Of a stretch of DNA of 34,377 bases, positions 33,473 through 34,377 are shown piece by piece (the stretch's first letter is position 1; each line of letters begins with the position of its first letter). Source of the stretch: a virus (Duplodnaviria > Caudoviricetes); IMG/VR virus record IMGVR_UViG_3300037603_000033, positions 1-34,377 of that record. One strand, 5' to 3'. The notes beneath the pieces were generated by a model. That model did no database searches, was not told where the DNA came from, and was given only the letters and a program-made list of their open reading frames with translations. The position numbers and the translations under genes were made by a program.

Positions 33473-33727
33473 ATGAACTTCCCGTTTACCCATGCCTCAG
33501 ATGGAGACCTGGAAAAAAAAGGCTGGGGCCCCGGCCAACCACAAAATCCGAAGCCGTCGGACGGCGGGAATCCCAAGACCGCTGCATTGGCTCTTACCGC
33601 TTTGGGCAAGGGGCCAATCAAGGAAGGTTGGGGACCCGCACAACCACAACCCACCACGCCAAGTGACGATGGCAACCCAAAGGTCAATTGCGCGCGCGAC
33701 CACGTCTCGCGCCAAGTGACGGCGTGA
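33473..33727 (+). CDS. 84-aa low-complexity protein with two 21-aa repeats KxGWGPxQPQxxxPSDxGNPK
   Basis: ATG 1 nt after the SLATT-like stop, AAGGA upstream; repeats conserved in amino acids while differing at synonymous sites. Confidence 0.7.
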   Translation: MNFPFTHASDGDLEKKGWGPGQPQNPKPSDGGNPKTAALALTALGKGPIKEGWGPAQPQPTTPSDDGNPKVNCARDHVSRQVTA

Positions 33728-33776
33728 TGGTGGCGCCGCTCGCACCCAGCGCCCTGCCGCTGATCCTGGGGGCCCG

Positions 33777-34100
33777 TCACGCCGCCCGCTCCAACGCCTG
33801 CCCAAAGAACTCAGGCGCGCCGGGGTCGGTAAGCATGACCAGCAGCGCGATATGGCTTGCGGGGGCGGTCACCGCCCCCCACCAGTTCAGCGCGGTCTGA
33901 AAGCTGACATCGCAGAACAGCGCGACCTCGCGCGGGCTGCGGAACCGGGCGCGGAAATAGGCCGACCACAGATCAGGAGCGTTGACCTTCAGCGCATAGG
34001 GGTCAAACTGATTTGACCAAGATTTTTGGCCAGCGCCCGCCGCACTCTGCGGGCATGGCACATCATTGTTCACAATCAAGGTCAAACGGGGGCGGCTCAT
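33777..34100 (-). CDS. CII-like HTH regulator
   Basis: HTH-like SPREVALFCDVSFQTALNWWGAVTAP; directly downstream of the Cro-like gene (ATGA overlap). Confidence 0.65.
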   Translation of the reverse strand: MSRPRLTLIVNNDVPCPQSAAGAGQKSWSNQFDPYALKVNAPDLWSAYFRARFRSPREVALFCDVSFQTALNWWGAVTAPASHIALLVMLTDPGAPEFFGQALERAA

Positions 34101-34333
34101 GCGGCTTCCTTTCCACTAGCGTCGGGATGACCTTTGAAAAGATGCTCAGGGACCTCGATTCCCCTCCTGTCGCAGTATTCGCGAACTGTCCAAAACCAGT
34201 GGGCCGGGAACAGGCCTACACGTTTTGCGCGTGTGACGAGCTGAACCGAAAACCCTGTCTCCTTTTGAAACTGGGCGCGCTCAGCCACTTCGAGGAATTC
34301 AGCAACTGTCTTGGGTTTGTTCTCTTCGCTCAT
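34097..34333 (-). CDS. Cro-like small DNA-binding regulator
   Basis: 78 aa, first gene of the early operon; HTH-like RAQFQKETGFSVQLVTRAKRVGLFPAHWF. Confidence 0.65.
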   Translation of the reverse strand: MSEENKPKTVAEFLEVAERAQFQKETGFSVQLVTRAKRVGLFPAHWFWTVREYCDRRGIEVPEHLFKGHPDASGKEAA

Positions 34334-34343
34334 GCGCACAGTA

Positions 34344-34377
34344 ACTACGCATTCTGTTTAGTTTGTAAATACGCAAA
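34344..34377. promoter_or_regulatory. Lysis/lysogeny switch region: operator-like palindrome and early promoter
   Basis: ACTACGCA-TTC-TGTTTAGT imperfect palindrome at 34344-34362; second ATACGCA half-site at the window edge; minus-strand TTTACA -35-like hexamer. Confidence 0.5.

Larger units (their letters stand above)
182..34377. mobile_element. Temperate prophage (lambda-like head/packaging + P2-like contractile tail), continuing past the right edge
   Basis: Contiguous integrase, full tail, head, terminase, lysis, replication and cro/cII-like genes with tight ATGA/TGATG overlaps; no obvious disrupted core gene. Confidence 0.95.

Noticed and set aside
32834-33645. Repeated GGCTGGGGCCCCGGCCAACC as a CRISPR array, att site or target-site duplication
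   Set aside because: Only three irregularly spaced copies, all in frame in ORFs; the third diverges mainly at synonymous positions, so it is a protein-level repeat
25904-33727. Idea that the S8 peptidase processes the GWGPGQP peptides at KR/KK sites
   Set aside because: The modules are over 4.6 kb apart with separate promoters, the third copy has KE, and IetS-type proteases function with their ATPase partner; no sequence support

Overview
Nearly the whole window (about 182 to the right edge) is the left part of an apparently intact temperate prophage in a GC-rich alphaproteobacterium. The GapR-type domain, cuckoo-type RNA loop and tRNA fragment point to Rhodobacterales/Rhizobiales, which is an inference. 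Left to right: a probable att core (duplicated tRNA-Leu 3' end) and a P4-family tyrosine integrase (+); a minus-strand late region with a P2-like contractile tail (D, X, U, tape measure, E/E', tube, sheath, split fibre, I, J, W, PAAR, V), neck genes, a fused HK97 protease-major capsid gene, lambda-type portal and GpA/Nu1 terminase, a lambda-like cos site and a lysis cassette (single-TM holin-like protein, holin-like/SAR-lysozyme fusion, u-spanin). Next comes an antisense AAA-ATPase + S8 peptidase (IetAS-type) defence pair. The minus-strand early region then holds a Mor/C-like activator, a DUF1064 nuclease, an FtsK-gamma/GapR fusion, a replication initiator with internal iterons, a DNA methyltransferase, and CII-like and Cro-like genes. 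The repressor and right att lie outside the window. Most notable: (1) an antisense, self-promoted three-gene cassette in which a SLATT-like 2-TM protein is flanked by two small ORFs carrying three copies of a K-x-GWGP(G/A)QP peptide motif conserved at the protein level; (2) a five-copy GGAA(W)WWCCGCCAGAGG late-promoter motif, one copy inside the protease-capsid gene ahead of an internal start; (3) the FtsK-gamma + GapR fusion; (4) a run of minus-strand RNA hairpins including a CCUCCUCCC loop. All family calls come from motif recognition by eye; no database search was run.
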